From: Callorhinchus milii
Taxonomy: Eukaryota
DNA: 64,000 nucleotides
Direction: 5' to 3'
Assembly (NCBI RefSeq): GCF_018977255.1
Contig: NW_024704742.1
Location: 77,688,001 to 77,752,000 of the forward strand
Position 1 is the stretch's first letter, and every line of letters starts with the position of its first letter. A program made the translations under genes and the position numbers. Below the pieces are notes generated by a model that did no database searches, was not told where the DNA came from, and was given only the letters and a program-made list of their open reading frames with translations. Below are positions 11,611-25,478 of this stretch, one piece after another.

Positions 11611-14124
11611 TCATATTTTCAAATTCACCAAGAGGGCTCAGGTTCAGCAGCAACCTACTGTGAAGGGCAGTTTCCGGAGAAACACCAGGAACTATTTCTT
11701 TACAAAGATGGGTCTAGAATGGATTACAAGGAAAGGTGATGGAGGTCAGGACTGGGAACTAATTTAAGAAGCAGATTGGTGTTGTAGTGGGAAGACAGCA
11801 GGGATAGCATTCTGGTGGGATGAGATCAAATAGGCAGATGGGCCTTTTTCATTTGAATCTCTTGTGATCTTGCAGATGTCCTGTGATGCTGTTTTTGTTT
11901 TACCATAAATAGTCCAAAAGCTATTTTCTGCTTTCTGGTTCCCTGATTATTTTTATTGTTATGTGTAGCATGCTCAAGACAAATCAGACTTGCAAACAAA
12001 GTAATACTGTAATTATCAGCCACCACATGACATGTCAATCATTACAGTACAATTTCAGCTAGAGAAGGAAACCAATGGAAGTGCCAGTATCTGCTGCCAA
12101 TCTTATCTCCCTATCTGCTGTTTGGATTTCCAACATGTCTCCCTGAATTCCTTCTCAGGCTTGTCAGTTCGAAGCTTTCACTTCCCTATCCCACTCCTTG
12201 TGAGGTCTCCCTCAATTCTAGCTGTTTGTCCCGTACATCTGCTCGTAGGAGATACAGTTTGAAAATGTAATTCAAATGTAACTCCTTTCATCCTGTAAAT
12301 CAGAATGCAAAATAATCCCAACACCTCAGCTATTAACTGCACACCAAACCTCCAGTCAGCTCTGGGATAATGGTGTAATATTTATGTAGTATTTGTTAAC
12401 ACATTCCATTTCTTATGTGAGGAATCATTTTAATGAAAGTGGAGCAGGTGAGCTCTCCTTTTCCAGGCAAGCGGCTTGCTCTATTCAGGGTCCTTGTATT
12501 ATGTACAATTGGCTGTCACTTTCATCCACAAAATTCAGTCAATCCACCCTACAATATACCCTATGAAGCGCTTTGAGACATCTCAATAATGTGATAAGGC
12601 ACTGTATCAAATGCAAGGATTATGGTTATGGATGTTTACAGAGAACAAACTTTGTAAATTTAAGGCTCCCACTCCATTGGTTTCTTTTGTTTATTTGGGT
12701 TCCACAGCATTTATGTGCTGAAAAACGTGCTCTCCTTGGCCAAAACATTCACTTTTAGAAATTAGCCTGGAGGTTTGAAGCACACAAGCACTCTGGGATA
12801 CTACCTTGCATGAAGGGCACTATATAAATCCAATTTGTTGTCGTTGTTTATGTTTTGCAAGATACGTCACCATTTAGGTTAATGTCTTCAATTTTCTAAA
12901 AGTGGTATTTGAGTGATAGTGAATTGCGTACATAGTGATTGAGTATATAGTAATATATTTCTCATTGCATCTACTGTCAAGTAAGATTCTGCTACTTATC
13001 GCAATTTTTTCTGGGAAACTAAGCTGGATGAACCTGGGCCAATTATGTCTGTACTTTCTCCCAAAAAAATACATGTGTGCGCCCAAATACACACACTAAA
13101 TAATAATCCTTGCATTTGGTATAGCGTTTATCATGCCATCAAAATATCTCACAGTGCTCCACAGGATTTTGCTGTGAAGTGTCGGGATTGTGTATTTTGT
13201 AGATAAATGTGGCATCTAATTTCATGCAGCAATTCCCCACAAACAGCCTTGAAGTGAATGATCAATTGTATTTGGGGCATTTTGGTCAGGATATTGGGAT
13301 AAACTCCTTTCTCTTTTCAAGTAGTGCCATCTCATCCAAAGCGTGGTACCTCTAACAATGTAACACAAACCCAACACTACATTGCAGTGCCAGCTTAGTT
13401 GTACTGGATGACCAAAGAAGTCTAATGAACCTGTATCCTGTCCATTTGAGAGAAAGTATGATTGCCTCTTCACTATTGCTTGTTAACTGTATCTCCTCTG
13501 CAGAGATGCTGGTATTGTATTGCAGTAAAGCTGTATGTCTTTGTTATAGTTTGCCTTTAATTTCTCTATACTGATGTGCAATCCAGAAAAATATATTCTT
13601 GGAACTTACTACCAGCTCTGTCTAACGTTGTTATGCTCTTGCCAGTAGTGTGTAATTGTAGCTAAAGACTCATACAGATGTGTCCTTGTTTAGTGTTGAA
13701 TGGGGAGACTCCTTTTATCAAAGTATTTTCAATATTTCAAACAAACTAATTTAATGCCAAATGCCTTAACTCAGTTGTTGTGTTCTGCATGATTTCAGTC
13801 CATTGGCTAATCTTTCTTCGTAATTATTAGATGGCTGGCTGAACAGTCTTTGTTTGTACACTTACTTGGCTGTTCATTTTTATTTTGATCACTGTAAAGA
13901 GTTATGACTATAAAGTACCAGCATGTCTTACTGGAATGCCTCTGTAATGGGGCATTCAAACAGCTGTTTTATCTCATATCCATCAACATATTTTAGAGGT
14001 GTTACAGCAAGTAAAAGGTCAAGTATAAATAAGATTGGATTGGAATCACTGGAATCTAGTAAAATAGCATTTTAAAATGCACAGGGAGATTCCCTAACCA
14101 TGCTACAACCGAGTCAAAAGACAG

Positions 14125-14450
14125 TTCTGTAACTCGGTGGTTAGAGCACTCACGTCACAAGCAAGAGAGCTAGGTTCAATTCCCGGCAGGGCGAAACCTT
14201 GGGCAAGTTTCCTTACTCCACACGCCTAATAATAATCCCTCAAGAAAAAAAACAATACTCATTTGGTCACTCAATTCACGACTGTTTGTGGGACACTGCC
14301 GTACGCAATTGGCTGCCTCGTTTTACCCACAAAATGTACAGTGAATTCACTTTACAGTATATTCTGTGATACGCTTTGAGACATCTTGAAGATGTGAAAG
14401 CGCTATATCAAATGCAAGGGTTATTATTATTATTATTGTTATTGTTATTA
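14125..14450 (+). mobile_element. tRNA-derived SINE, intermediate form (central domain absent, old-type tail)
   Basis: CACACGCCT joined directly to AATAATAATCCC, but with the TATATTCTGTG..GAGACATCTTGAAGA tail of the older copies. Confidence 0.85.
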
Positions 14451-15799
14451 CAGTTGCTTGTTATGTATTCAATATAGCAATAGATAAGGCTCTATTGTGG
14501 TATGTCATGAATCATAAGCCCATCATAACAGATTGGAACTATGCCACCTCTTTTGCCTAGTACAGGTCACCTTCCCATTCCTTCTTTCTTATTTGTTGCC
14601 TTTATCTAGAAGATAAACCTTGTTCTCAAAGTTGATTGAATCCTATTTAGTTATTATTGACCACCCCTTTTTTGCAAATTTGCTCTAGTTTACGAAATAG
14701 GAAATTCCTTCAGTGCACTATGATTTAATAATCACTCCCTTAAAGTAAAATCATTAGTGATGGTATTCAAACACCTGAGTGAATGACTAACTAAATGTGT
14801 GTGTGAAGGAATTGTACATGGGCAGAAATTCTAGCTAGGTTTAGACTTACTCTGTTTATGAACATCCAGAACTTGGTAAATTGTTGACTTCAGTCTTAAC
14901 GTTGTAATTGGTATATTCTATAGTTCTTCAAAGAATTTACAACAAACTGCTTCAAAATTAATGCTTTATTTAAACATTTGCTAAATACTGTGCTCTAAAT
15001 GTTACATAAGGAAAGTAAATGTGGATCTAGATGAAATTTCTCCCCCGCCAACCACCCCCACCCTCTTGTGTCTCTTATCTCTTAGCTGCTTTGTCCTTGA
15101 CTGTCTAGGTTTAGCTATCAGTACTGGTATGTGTGAGATTAAAACGTTTTCCTATCCTGATTTATCTAATTGATTTTATTTTAGGTTTAACAAACTCTAA
15201 CTTTTTCACATGGCATTTGGTCATAAAATAGAAAAACAACTATCTCAATGTCCTAGCTACTGCAGATTATAGTATTTGCTGAATCTGATACTAATTCACG
15301 TGTACCTCCCTTTTTTCTTCTATGAACTGATCCTGAACTTGAAGTGATCTAAATTTGTCACACTTAGATATTTTCAAATTGCCCTAGAAATGTGCAATGC
15401 AAATGAAGAGTTTGGAGTCGATGTTCATGTTTATTTCCCCACAGTAGCATAATCTGATTTGTTTAATAACTTTGCTTTTAAACATTGTTATGGAACTGAA
15501 GAAAACATTGTCGGTTGTGATTAATACATACATTTATGAATCCTCATTTTGATGGAACTGCTGTTACTTTTGACTGAAAGATAAAATAAATGCTTATTTT
15601 CAGTGACTGGTCGATGTGAAAACTTGCTGTAAAGATGCAAGTTAATTTTTCCTAAACAGAAATTATCTTTAATAATAATAATCCTTGCATTTGATATAGT
15701 GCCTTATCAGGTTGCTGAGATGTCTAATGGAGCTTCACAGAATATATTGTAAAGTGGATTCACTGTGTTTTTTGTGGGTGAAATGCAAATTCTGATTAT

Positions 15800-16140
15800 C
15801 TAACTTTTGATACTGCAAATGCTGCATGATGGCAAACTGAGGTGAAAGTCTGCCTTCCTACTCCCCTAGGAATTATCCCTTATGTGAAATCTACCAGTCT
15901 CCTGTAATCTGCCCATATGTGCCATGCACTTCAAATAAATTGACTATTTGGCAGGATGCTTGCTGGTACTTTAGAATCCCTGTAGGTCTCTCCATACTCT
16001 CTCCCATCTGGCACAATCCCAATTTCCCATTCCGACTGCAGGAAAGTGGATTTGGCAACTGGCTGGCTAGGAGAATTGAGACTTTTGCAGATTTATTCCT
16101 CATGGGTGACCTCAGATTGTTTCAACAGCCAAAAGGATCA
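15800..16140 (+). mobile_element. L1-clade LINE ORF2 C-terminal fragment
   Basis: LSPIWHNPNF..GFGNWLARRIETFADLF..DLRLFQQ resembles the C-terminal region of fish L1 ORF2. Confidence 0.6.
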
Positions 16141-17539
16141 ATATCATCTTTCACGCACAGACTTAAATAAATCTCGTCGGCCATGGCATTTCACTTTCTG
16201 ATAAATATAAATAAAGTTAACTTCTGTCCACTAGAATCTCTCCTTCAAGCCCAAAGATAATGGCAACAACTGAAAGCAAATTTATACTGTGCGAGATGTT
16301 ATTACTATGGATATCAGAGAGTGATATGTTTGTCAAAAGTTCTGTGATCTTCCAAATCAAAGTACAAATAGAACTACTGGTAGGTTTTGATTTCCTCCTC
16401 ACTTGAGTGACAGTTTTAGGATCCTCTGCTGGAGCTTGGGGAAAGAGGCAGCTGGTCTGACAGAAACTGGGGCAGGTGGTGGAACTGCTAAACCACTGCC
16501 TATTTTCCCTCTTTAGTGACATGGTGGGACAGACTGTAGACTTGCCATTTTTTGCCAAGGTTATTTTATTCATGTTTCTTATGCCCTCTTGCGACAAGAA
16601 TGCTTGAGCTTCTCTTCAATGGGCCAAGTCTCCAAGTTTCTTATTTAAAAATAAATGGTTCACTTTTATTGCTTGTGCAGACGTTCTGTTCACTGCTCCA
16701 TGTTTTCTATAAATGATTGTTGGACCATGTCTTACAGTATTTCTGATAAAAGTCTCTAGTAGGTAATCAATGATAACAGCGCAACAGAGCACTTGTCCAG
16801 CTTGTCCTATCCACCAAGCCATTGCAGGGTTGAGGACATCTCTTCACTTCCAAGTTTTTGCAGGTTACTGCTGACCTGCCTAGATGTATCACACATATTT
16901 CTTCAGACCCAGTTCAGGCCTAGTTAACTTACTCACATCAGCCACCACCATCCCTCGCCATGCTGTGAGAGGAACTGTTTACTCCAAAAAGTGCCCCTAT
17001 AAGATGAAGGCCTGAGCTAGGATTCAAACCTAGAACCCTCTAGGTGTAAGTCAGCCGACTGCTTCAGCCAATTAAGCTACTGCCACTATCATGGGCAGAA
17101 ATGCTGCATTACTCAACCAGTGGAAAATCAAGTTTTTATACAGTGGAGTGCAGGACATTTGATTTTAATCTGCTAGATATGGAAACTGGTATCTGGTGAT
17201 CCCAGGAAGGTCGAGATTGGGAAGTAATTACAGGTGGTCTTCCATTTTATTTCTACTTGAAGTAAAATTATTCTGCCATTGCATAATAAATATAATAATA
17301 TTTGCATCTGACATACCACCTATCAAACCAAAATGTCTCATACAAGTAACTGTGATCAAATGCAGTTTAGAGACAGTTCACAAGCAAACACAACGACCAA
17401 TTTGCACACAAGGTCCCACAAACAACAGTGTATGATCATGGAATGTAGTGCATTGTTAGCCAGGACACCTAATCTTTTCAAACAGTGTCATGGGATCTTT
17501 AACACCCACTTGAAAAGGCTTTACTAACAAGATAATAAT

Positions 17540-17995
17540 AATTATGATAATAATAATAATAATACTCACATTTGATATCATGCTTTTCACTTCAGGAGGA
17601 ATCTCAAAGCACTTCACAGCACATATTGTAAATGATGTGTTTTTGTAGGCAAGCACAGCAGCCAGTTTACAAATAGCAATGACCCACAAACAGATATGAA
17701 GTGAATAATCATTTGTATTGGGGAATTGTTGGCCAGGACACCAGGAGAAAATCCTTTCTCTTTTTGAATCGTTCCATGGGATCTTTAACATCTGACAGGC
17801 AGATGAGATCTCAGTTTAACATCTCATTCGAAGGACGGCACATCTGACAATTCAGTACACCCCAGCACTGCAATGGACTGTCAACCTAGATCATATGATT
17901 TCCAATACCCAAGATTTGGAACTCATATGGTGTGAGGCTTGAACCCACCACCTCCTGACTCAAGAGTGCTAGTCGAGAGTGCTACCGGCTGACAC
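17540..17995 (-). mobile_element. Deu-domain SINE
   Basis: Reverse complement of the Deu core (GGCCAGGACACCAGGAGAA..CATGGGATCTTTAACATC..GTTTAACATCTCAT) plus tRNA head. Confidence 0.8.
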
Positions 17996-19034
17996 AAATT
18001 CACCCATTCAATGTGATAATAGCAGACTAGATTCAGAGGCTAGAAAGAAATCATTTTACATGTTTTATGAGTCACCTAAAATACTCAACTTTTTTGCTAT
18101 TTAATTGTTGAAGGACAGTTTTTTTTAACACTGATATCCCAATGGATCCAGCCATTAACGTACTGATGCATCTGCCTGGTCTCCAGGTGGTTGCACAGAG
18201 GAAACTCCTTTCTTCACAGAATGGGTGCCAGGTGCGTTCCAGGTTTTTGTAAAACTGCAATCATTGGCATAGAGCACTGGAAAATGTCTGTATAATGTAT
18301 GGTTCCTCCAGTATAACTTACAAAAGCTTTGGTTCCTCTTCTTTGACAGATATCAAGCTACCTTCTTTGGCTCATTAATCAGGAAGACTAAGAGTATGAG
18401 GTTTTGAAGTAGGTTTTGGTCATAGAACAAATTTTACTCTTATTGGACTGGTTCAATAGTTTGGACCGAGAATTATTCAAAGTGATTGATAACCTGCATC
18501 TGATAAATAACAAATGTAATAAATATGCATTTGATATAGTACCTTATCATATCATTATATCAAAGTACTTCATAGGATTTTACTGTAAAGTGCAATGATA
18601 GGGTATTTGCCCACAAAACTTACTGCAGTAAATCCTGTAAAATGCTTTGACATGTCACCCTCACACAAAAGACGATATATCAAATGTAAGGATTAGTATT
18701 ATTTTTATGATTTTGTAGGTGATCTACAACATGCACCTGAACAGGCACACAGGATCTTGATTTAACTTCTCATCCAACAGAGGGAATAGCCAATGTCTTC
18801 CTTTATTGAAAGCTACATATTGGCATATCTTCTGAAGGGTTTGCAGGCCAGAATGTTGCACAAACACAGGACCTTGCAGGCAGTATGGGATAGAATCTTG
18901 TCATTGATCTAATTCTTTCTACAGTGAGTTCCTATCTCAACTGCGCCAATATAGGGTTTAAAGCCCAGTGGTTGTCCACAGGGAAGGAGGTAAAGTCTGG
19001 GTTAGTCATCCTTGTCTGTTCTTGCATTCTTCCA

Positions 19035-19335
19035 CCAGCTAAGCGAGAGGATCCAGGACCGATTCCCAGGTGGAGCGAAACCTTAGGGAAGTTTCCTTAC
19101 TTCACACTCCCCTGTTTACCTAGCAGTAAGTCAGAACCTGGGTATTAGTCGATTGGTGGATCACTTTCTGGGGTAATAATCCCTCCCCCACTCAAAAAAA
19201 ATGTGGTCACTCAATCCACCACTGCTGCCACGTTTCGCCCACAAAATACACTTTACAATATATTCTGTGAAGCGCTTGGAGATGTCTCAATGATGTGCTA
19301 AGGCACTATATCAAATGCAAGAATTATTATTATTT
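19035..19335 (+). mobile_element. tRNA-derived SINE, long subfamily
   Basis: GCGAAACCTTAGGGAAGTTTCCTTAC..CCTGTTTACCTAGCAGTAAG central segment and shared tail. A second tail copy lies at 19395-19500. Confidence 0.8.
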
Positions 19336-19609
19336 CAGCAGAATGACATTTGCCTGGTAGCAGATCATATGCCTGACCTCTAAAGTCTCACGCACAAAAA
19401 ATACACAGTCAATTCACTTTACAGTATATTTTGTGAAGCGCTTTGGGACGTCTCAAAGACGTAATAAGGTGCTATATCAAATGGAAGGATTATTATTATA
19501 TATAGGAACTACAGTAAAATAAGATAGAAAACTATTTTTAAAAATTATTCTACTTTTTTTAAATTTTAGTTTATCTCATATTTGAGTTTGTTAACTTATG
19601 CAGAGTACA

Positions 19610-19870
19610 TTTCCACTGGGTGCCAGAAACCTTGTGTTACCACACCCATTCTTAATATTTAAGTCTAGACAATGAATATAAACTGGCTCTTGTACCAAAG
19701 GGCGATCTAATCACTTTCCTACCCTAGAGTAGTTACTGGATAGCAACCAGAAGCAGGAACAATGGCTGATTTATTTCCTCTCCGCAATTCAGGGTATTGA
19801 ATCCAATTGTAGCACCCTTAACTGAGATCAGTTAACTCAAGATAGATCAGGGATCGACCATTGCACCTTC
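19610..19870 (-). mobile_element. Ancient AmnSINE2-like SINE
   Basis: CTGGATAGCAACCAGAAGCAGGAAC..GGCTGATTT..CCAATTGTAGCACCC..CTGAGATCAGTTAACTCA matches the reverse complement of the consensus as I recall it. Similar to 25190-25478 and 40000-40140. Confidence 0.55.
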
Positions 19871-21556
19871 ATAGGATTGCATCATTACATTTTACAGTTA
19901 ATCCTCTAAAGCACGTTAAGATATCCTCCTGACACGAAAGGAGCTAAATTAGATGCAGGGATTATTATTTTTATTATTATGTTGGATAATTGTCAACTGT
20001 CAGTTCTTTGCATTTAGCTTCAAATAGCTCTTGAGTGCTATCATAATAAAGCTAAAAATCACGTCCATATTCTGATATACTTACCCTTTCCATAATTTTC
20101 CCACACTGTAGGTTCCCTGTGTTATCTAAACCATCTATCCTGATGGTAAGTGGAGTTGAAGCAAAGGACAGAAGTGAGGGAGGGACAATCAAAATACTAG
20201 CTAATTTGTACACCTCCCAGTGACCTCCTCAAGTGCAGCATTGGTGGAGGTCCAAGAACAGGCTTTGTACTTTAACTTGGGAAATGGTGTACAGTATGAG
20301 TGAGATTTGAATGGGAAGAGAAAACGAATTCATCAAATATATGAAGGAAAAATATTAGGGCGAAAATTGCAATGTGTGATGTGTTAATTAATGACGATTG
20401 TACCAATTAACACATTATTGAAAAAAGCGACCAGTCACTGTTTACTTGTTAGACTACTGGCTTAATTTAAAGAAACAAATAGAGTAAAGATGGTATGTGC
20501 TACCCAGCAGGGCAGTGCCACTTTTGGTGGGCTGGGAGTCCAACACCAGCCACTTGCTGGCTTCTACATGCATTCTTTCTGACTGGATTCAGGGAGAAGG
20601 ATAGCCTCCAGAATACTTACAGACCAATTGATTTAATACATCAACTGGTTATGTTTTCAATGATGTGTTCAGTGATTCAATGAATAATAATAGAATAGAG
20701 GTATAATTAATAGATCAAAATTTTCACCCCAAAATATTGTGCAAAGGTAAAGTAGCACCTGAATAGCAATGATTTCACAGACCCGGAGCGTGGAATGTAA
20801 ACCACATTGCATTGTTCATGGCTCCTGTCAGACATCTTTCTAAGTATATCATTTTGTTTGAGTTCAAAGACAATATGTTACAGATGGTGTACTTATTTTA
20901 ACGTAACATGGGTTCATTTACTTAATAAACTCACTTTATGAATTAAGAACTAGTGAATGGTTATAGGATGTGTTATTTGATAAGTAACATCGTAGTTGTG
21001 TTGTTAACAAACAGATTAACATCAGTTGGCTTTAATAATATGTATGAAAACATAAGGTTAACACATTTCAGTTAAGTCTAACATGGTCACATCATTGTTA
21101 ACGTTTGCATGTGTCCCCATGGTCATGGATATTACCAGAGTACAAAAGAATTATAAACACAAAATCAGAGAGAAATGCATAGCCAGAAATTGCAAATAAC
21201 CTTGCACCCCAGAGTTTACATGATAGACTTCTTTGTTAGTTTGGACAAAGAGCGTAATATGTGGGTTGTGTTAACCGTGTGCCTACATTATTTCTACAGA
21301 GAAAATTATAAGTACCCTTATTTCTATAGTTTTGATGATTCATGAATCCTTCTTGTTATGTTATTACCTGTAATAATTATATTATTACAGTTAATAATAT
21401 AATTACCTATAATTTCCTGTTTACACATGCACAATCCACAAATTGGATCCCAGTTTTGCAAAAATCAAGAATATATCCAGACGCCCACAAGAGGGCATTA
21501 TAAACAACACAGAATAAAGACCAACAGCGCCCTCTGCACTCAAATGCTTGGATAGA

Positions 21557-21933
21557 TAATAATAATAATAATAATACTTGCATTTGATACAGCATTTTCT
21601 CACTTCTTCTAGACGTCTCAAAGTACTTCACAGAATATACTGTAAAGTGAGTTGACTGTATACTTTGTGGGCGAAACGTAGCAACCAATTGCGCACAGCA
21701 GTGTCCCATAAACAGTCATGGATTGAGTGACCAAATTATTATTGTTTTTTTGAAGGATTATTATCCCCGGAAAAGTGATCCGCCAATCCACTAACAACCG
21801 GGTTCCTACTTACTGCTAGGTAAACAGAAGCGTGTGGAGTAAGGAAACATGCCCAACATTTCGCCCTGCCGGGAATTGAACCCAGGTCTCTTGCTTGCGA
21901 GGCGAGTGCTCTAATCACTGAGCTACAGGACTC
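21557..21933 (-). mobile_element. tRNA-derived SINE, long subfamily, full length
   Basis: Complete head (GAGTCCTGTAGCTCAGTG..GGGTTCAATTCCC), central segment and tail. Confidence 0.9.
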
Positions 21934-23654
21934 ATTTTGTGCATTAACTTACTCCTGCAATTACAATAACTTACCAATGGAAAAAGTCTTGAGTTTAGGA
22001 GAGAACAGTGCATGTGGCGCCACTGTCAACAGTTACCAAACAACACTTTTGCAGTAATTTAAGAGTCCCTTCAACTATATATAATATATATGGATATTAA
22101 CTTATGTCCTCAAGACAAAGGACATGAACTAAACGTTCACTCTCTTCACATTGCACTATTTTTACTCTGCTAAAATATCAAAAAAAACAATTCAAGTAAA
22201 ACTCAGTGAGTTGGTCTGACATTAGAATTTATAGACCTGAACTTTCTTTGACAGGCAAAATCTGAAGCTTTATTATTCACGTCTGACATTTTCCTGATAT
22301 GGAAAATTATTTCCATAAGAACAGGGTTTATACTGTGTATAGTTTTCCTGACAATAAATACTTCCTTTCCTTTTACCCAATGCCTGGCTAACAATGGACA
22401 AACCCATTAAACATAACCAAGTTCGACTTTTGACAGTTAATACCAGTTATCTCAACATTTATATGGACTTAATTCTCACTAATATAGGCTCTTAATTTCA
22501 TCTACAATGTGTTATGGAGGGGGAATGGAAGTTAGCATGTGGATAAAAAGGCACTTTCAAATGAGGAGCAATGGAGCATAGAAAGGCGGATAACCAGATA
22601 ACAAATGAGTCCAATGTGGCATTGATACTGGTTCCTCACCATCTTCTTAATCAGAGGTCAATGTGTTGGAAGTGAGTTAGGAAAAAAATATAAACAAGCC
22701 TTTATTTTTAACATGATGAGGAAAAAGAATGATTACTTCAGTGGCTGAGTGACTTAAAAATTAGGGTCTGTTAAGCTCCCTCCACCCTCCTGTTACAGGG
22801 CAACGCATGTGACCATCTGGCAGTGATGATGGGTCAAGCCAAGCACACAATGGGTTAACTGGGTGGACAGAAGAAGTAAACTGGGTGGATGAATGCATTG
22901 TAAGATTTCTTAGGTCAATCATACCATGATATTAGTGTACATATTCCAAGTGCTCCTTGCCATATTGGTAGTAAGCCTCTGAAATTTCCCTTGGTACTCC
23001 ATTTAAATGTCTGATGCGCTCTGCACATTCATGGTAAACATGTTAGGAGATTTTTAATCTGCATCAGATCCAGTCTGAATAACAGGAAGGCAATAATCCG
23101 CAAATGATGACTTCTCCTTTGTATTGCAAAAGCCTCCATTTACTGTTGCCGGAAAGTAAGTATAATGTCATTGCAGACAGCAGAAACAGAGATATAGTTG
23201 GGGAGAAAAAGATCTGAAGCATCAGTTGGGTTGAGGTCAAACCGAGTTCTCGGTTCTGGCCTCCGAGAATGAGAGAAACCTCATGTGGGTTCAGCCTTGC
23301 GTGTGAACAGGAGAAATGTCACTGTGGAACTGAAACCGTTGCATGCGAGAAGATGACCTGGAATGGAACATGGAGCCTGAAGGCAAGATATTTTGGGAGT
23401 TATTAAAGTCCTGCCTTGTTAAAATCAACCCTTATCCTACTTCTAGTGGCCAAAATTTTGATAGCAACCAGATGGACTAAGAGAGTATTCAGCTTCGAGG
23501 TCGGTACGGATGAATGCGCTGCCACAGATCTCCAAGTTGGAACTTACTTCCTTTAGAGAATTGAGTGGACCATGAACACATCAGCAGAGATGCTTTTGTA
23601 CATCTAAAATGAGCACTGATCCCAATTGGCTTTGAGTAAATCTCTACCCGATGG

Positions 23655-23995
23655 AGGTATAACAATCTTGACTGATACTTCAATGCAATGTTGGGAAAGT
23701 GCTGCATTGTTGGAAATGTCATTCTTCGATGAGATGTTAAACTGAGGTCCCATCTGCCTATTCAGGTGAATGTTAAAGATCCCATGATTCTGTTTGAAAA
23801 GAGAAGGGAATGTTTCCCGGGGTCCTGGCCAATAATTCCCAGATAAAATTGGTCATTCACTGCATGGGTGTTTGTGCGCAACATTGCTGTGCACAAATTG
23901 GCTGTTGTGTTTGCCTACAAATACACAGACACTACAGTTCACAGTAAATCCTGTGAAGCACTGATGAGGAAAGCACTATATCAAGTATTATTACT
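23655..23995 (+). mobile_element. Deu-domain SINE
   Basis: GATGAGATGTTAAACTGAGGTCCCATCTGCCTATTCAGGTGAATGTTAAAGATCCCATG core. Confidence 0.8.
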
Positions 23996-24399
23996 ATATT
24001 GAGTGAAGATATGATGTGATAATCATTATATCCTGCATTTTTTACCCCACTCTCACAATGGAGTTTCTAATAAAGAGGGTGCTTTTATTGTCAAAAATAT
24101 TTTCAGCTCAATGTAATAACCCATTTATGTCCTACTTATTTTAAATTATTATAACTTTTCACCCGCAATCTACAAAAAAGTAATTTTATCAAAGGAAACT
24201 GTGAACAATTGTGGAAATAGATTTGGTTTTTATCATCTTTGTGAATAAATAAAATAATTCCTCTCATATTCCACTGATAGTTCACTAATAAAATAATAGT
24301 TCACCAATAAACTGTTCCGTCAGTGAATGAGTCCTGCAATGCCATCTCAGTGCCTGCAGATCATGTGGTAAACTTTAACCTCATTAATATGGTTATAAA

Positions 24400-24680
24400 A
24401 AGGTTACATTGAGTAACACAACATGGCCATTCGGCTCAACTATTGTGTGCCAGTGTTTATACTCAACAGAAGTTCTTTCTCCTCCAATTCCCCTCACTAT
24501 ATGCCTCTGTTCTCTTCTCCTTTACGTATGTATCAAGTTTGCTCTTAAATACATGCTTTTTGCTTCAACCACAGCTTCCGGCAGTGAATTCTCACCACCC
24601 TCTGTGTGAAGAAGTTCTTGCTGAACTCATTTTTAGATCTACTAGTAACCATTTTATATTTATGCACACCAGCTTTTAAT
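24400..24680 (-). mobile_element. CR1-type 3' end
   Basis: GGCCATTCGGCTCAA..CTCTTAAAT..GCTTCAACCAC..GGCAGTGAATTC..ACCACCCTCTGTGTGAAGAAGTT, the reverse complement of a CR1 ORF2 end and 3' UTR. Confidence 0.75.
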
Positions 24681-25189
24681 TACAGTCTAATATCAGAGCA
24701 GGGTAGTTGATTAAATGGGGACCATTTTCATAAAGGAGTTTTGACAATACTTTTTAATTTGTTTACAGTAATAAAATGCATTGTTGTAAATTGCATCAAA
24801 ATGTGGTATGCATCACAACAATAAAATTGACATAAAGCTGATTATTTTGGTTCTTTTTTCCATTGGGAAGAAAGAAATTGTTTTGCTAAACATTTTTGCA
24901 GAAACCAAAGAGTCTACAAAAGCAATTCTGAGTTTCAACTGTGTGACGAGTGTCTCCTGTGGATGGGGATTCTGACTGTGACCCCATTCCTGCTTGTAGA
25001 GGCATAATAATTTTCATGGTTGTAAACTTAACCTCTTTGAAAAGTTGAAAATCATTGAAAAATAAGCCTTCAAAGTTTATATTTGCAAGAAACAGGGATT
25101 TTAAAAATAGCTGAAAAGTCTCACATTTGGGTTCCCTCCTTGTCAATATTCTCCACACTATTTATGTGTTTGACTCCTTTTTTAATTAT

Positions 25190-25478
25190 ATGTTTCCGCA
25201 GCCACCCTCTGGCATCTCTCCCAAGAGGAGCATTATTCATGTGTAAGCCGTGACACTAAGTGACGGCAGATTATTCACTCATATAAAAGGATCACAGCTG
25301 AGCCCAATGCTGTCCCCATTTTCTGCTGTCTACCTTGGGACACAGAGGCCAGTGAAAGTAGCTCTACCCTGCTGCCCCATCTGGAATCCTTTAGCTCATC
25401 GCAGACTGGAGATCAAACCTGGGATGTTCTGGATCTGCATGGCTCATCTCTACCCTAGATAAACTCACTGAGCCATCA
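25190..25478 (-). mobile_element. Ancient AmnSINE2-like SINE
   Basis: Minus strand begins GATGGCTCAGTGAG..GAGCCATGCAGATCCAGAACATCCCAGGTTTGATCTCCAGTCTG. The 3' part CACATGAATAATGCTCCTCTTGGGAGAG matches the recalled consensus. Confidence 0.55.

Noticed and set aside
16150..16860. Possible coding or retroelement remnant on the minus strand
   Set aside because: No diagnostic motif or convincing splice signals.
18100..18420. Possible Tx1/L1 C-terminal remnant on the minus strand
   Set aside because: Similarity is too weak to support without a search.
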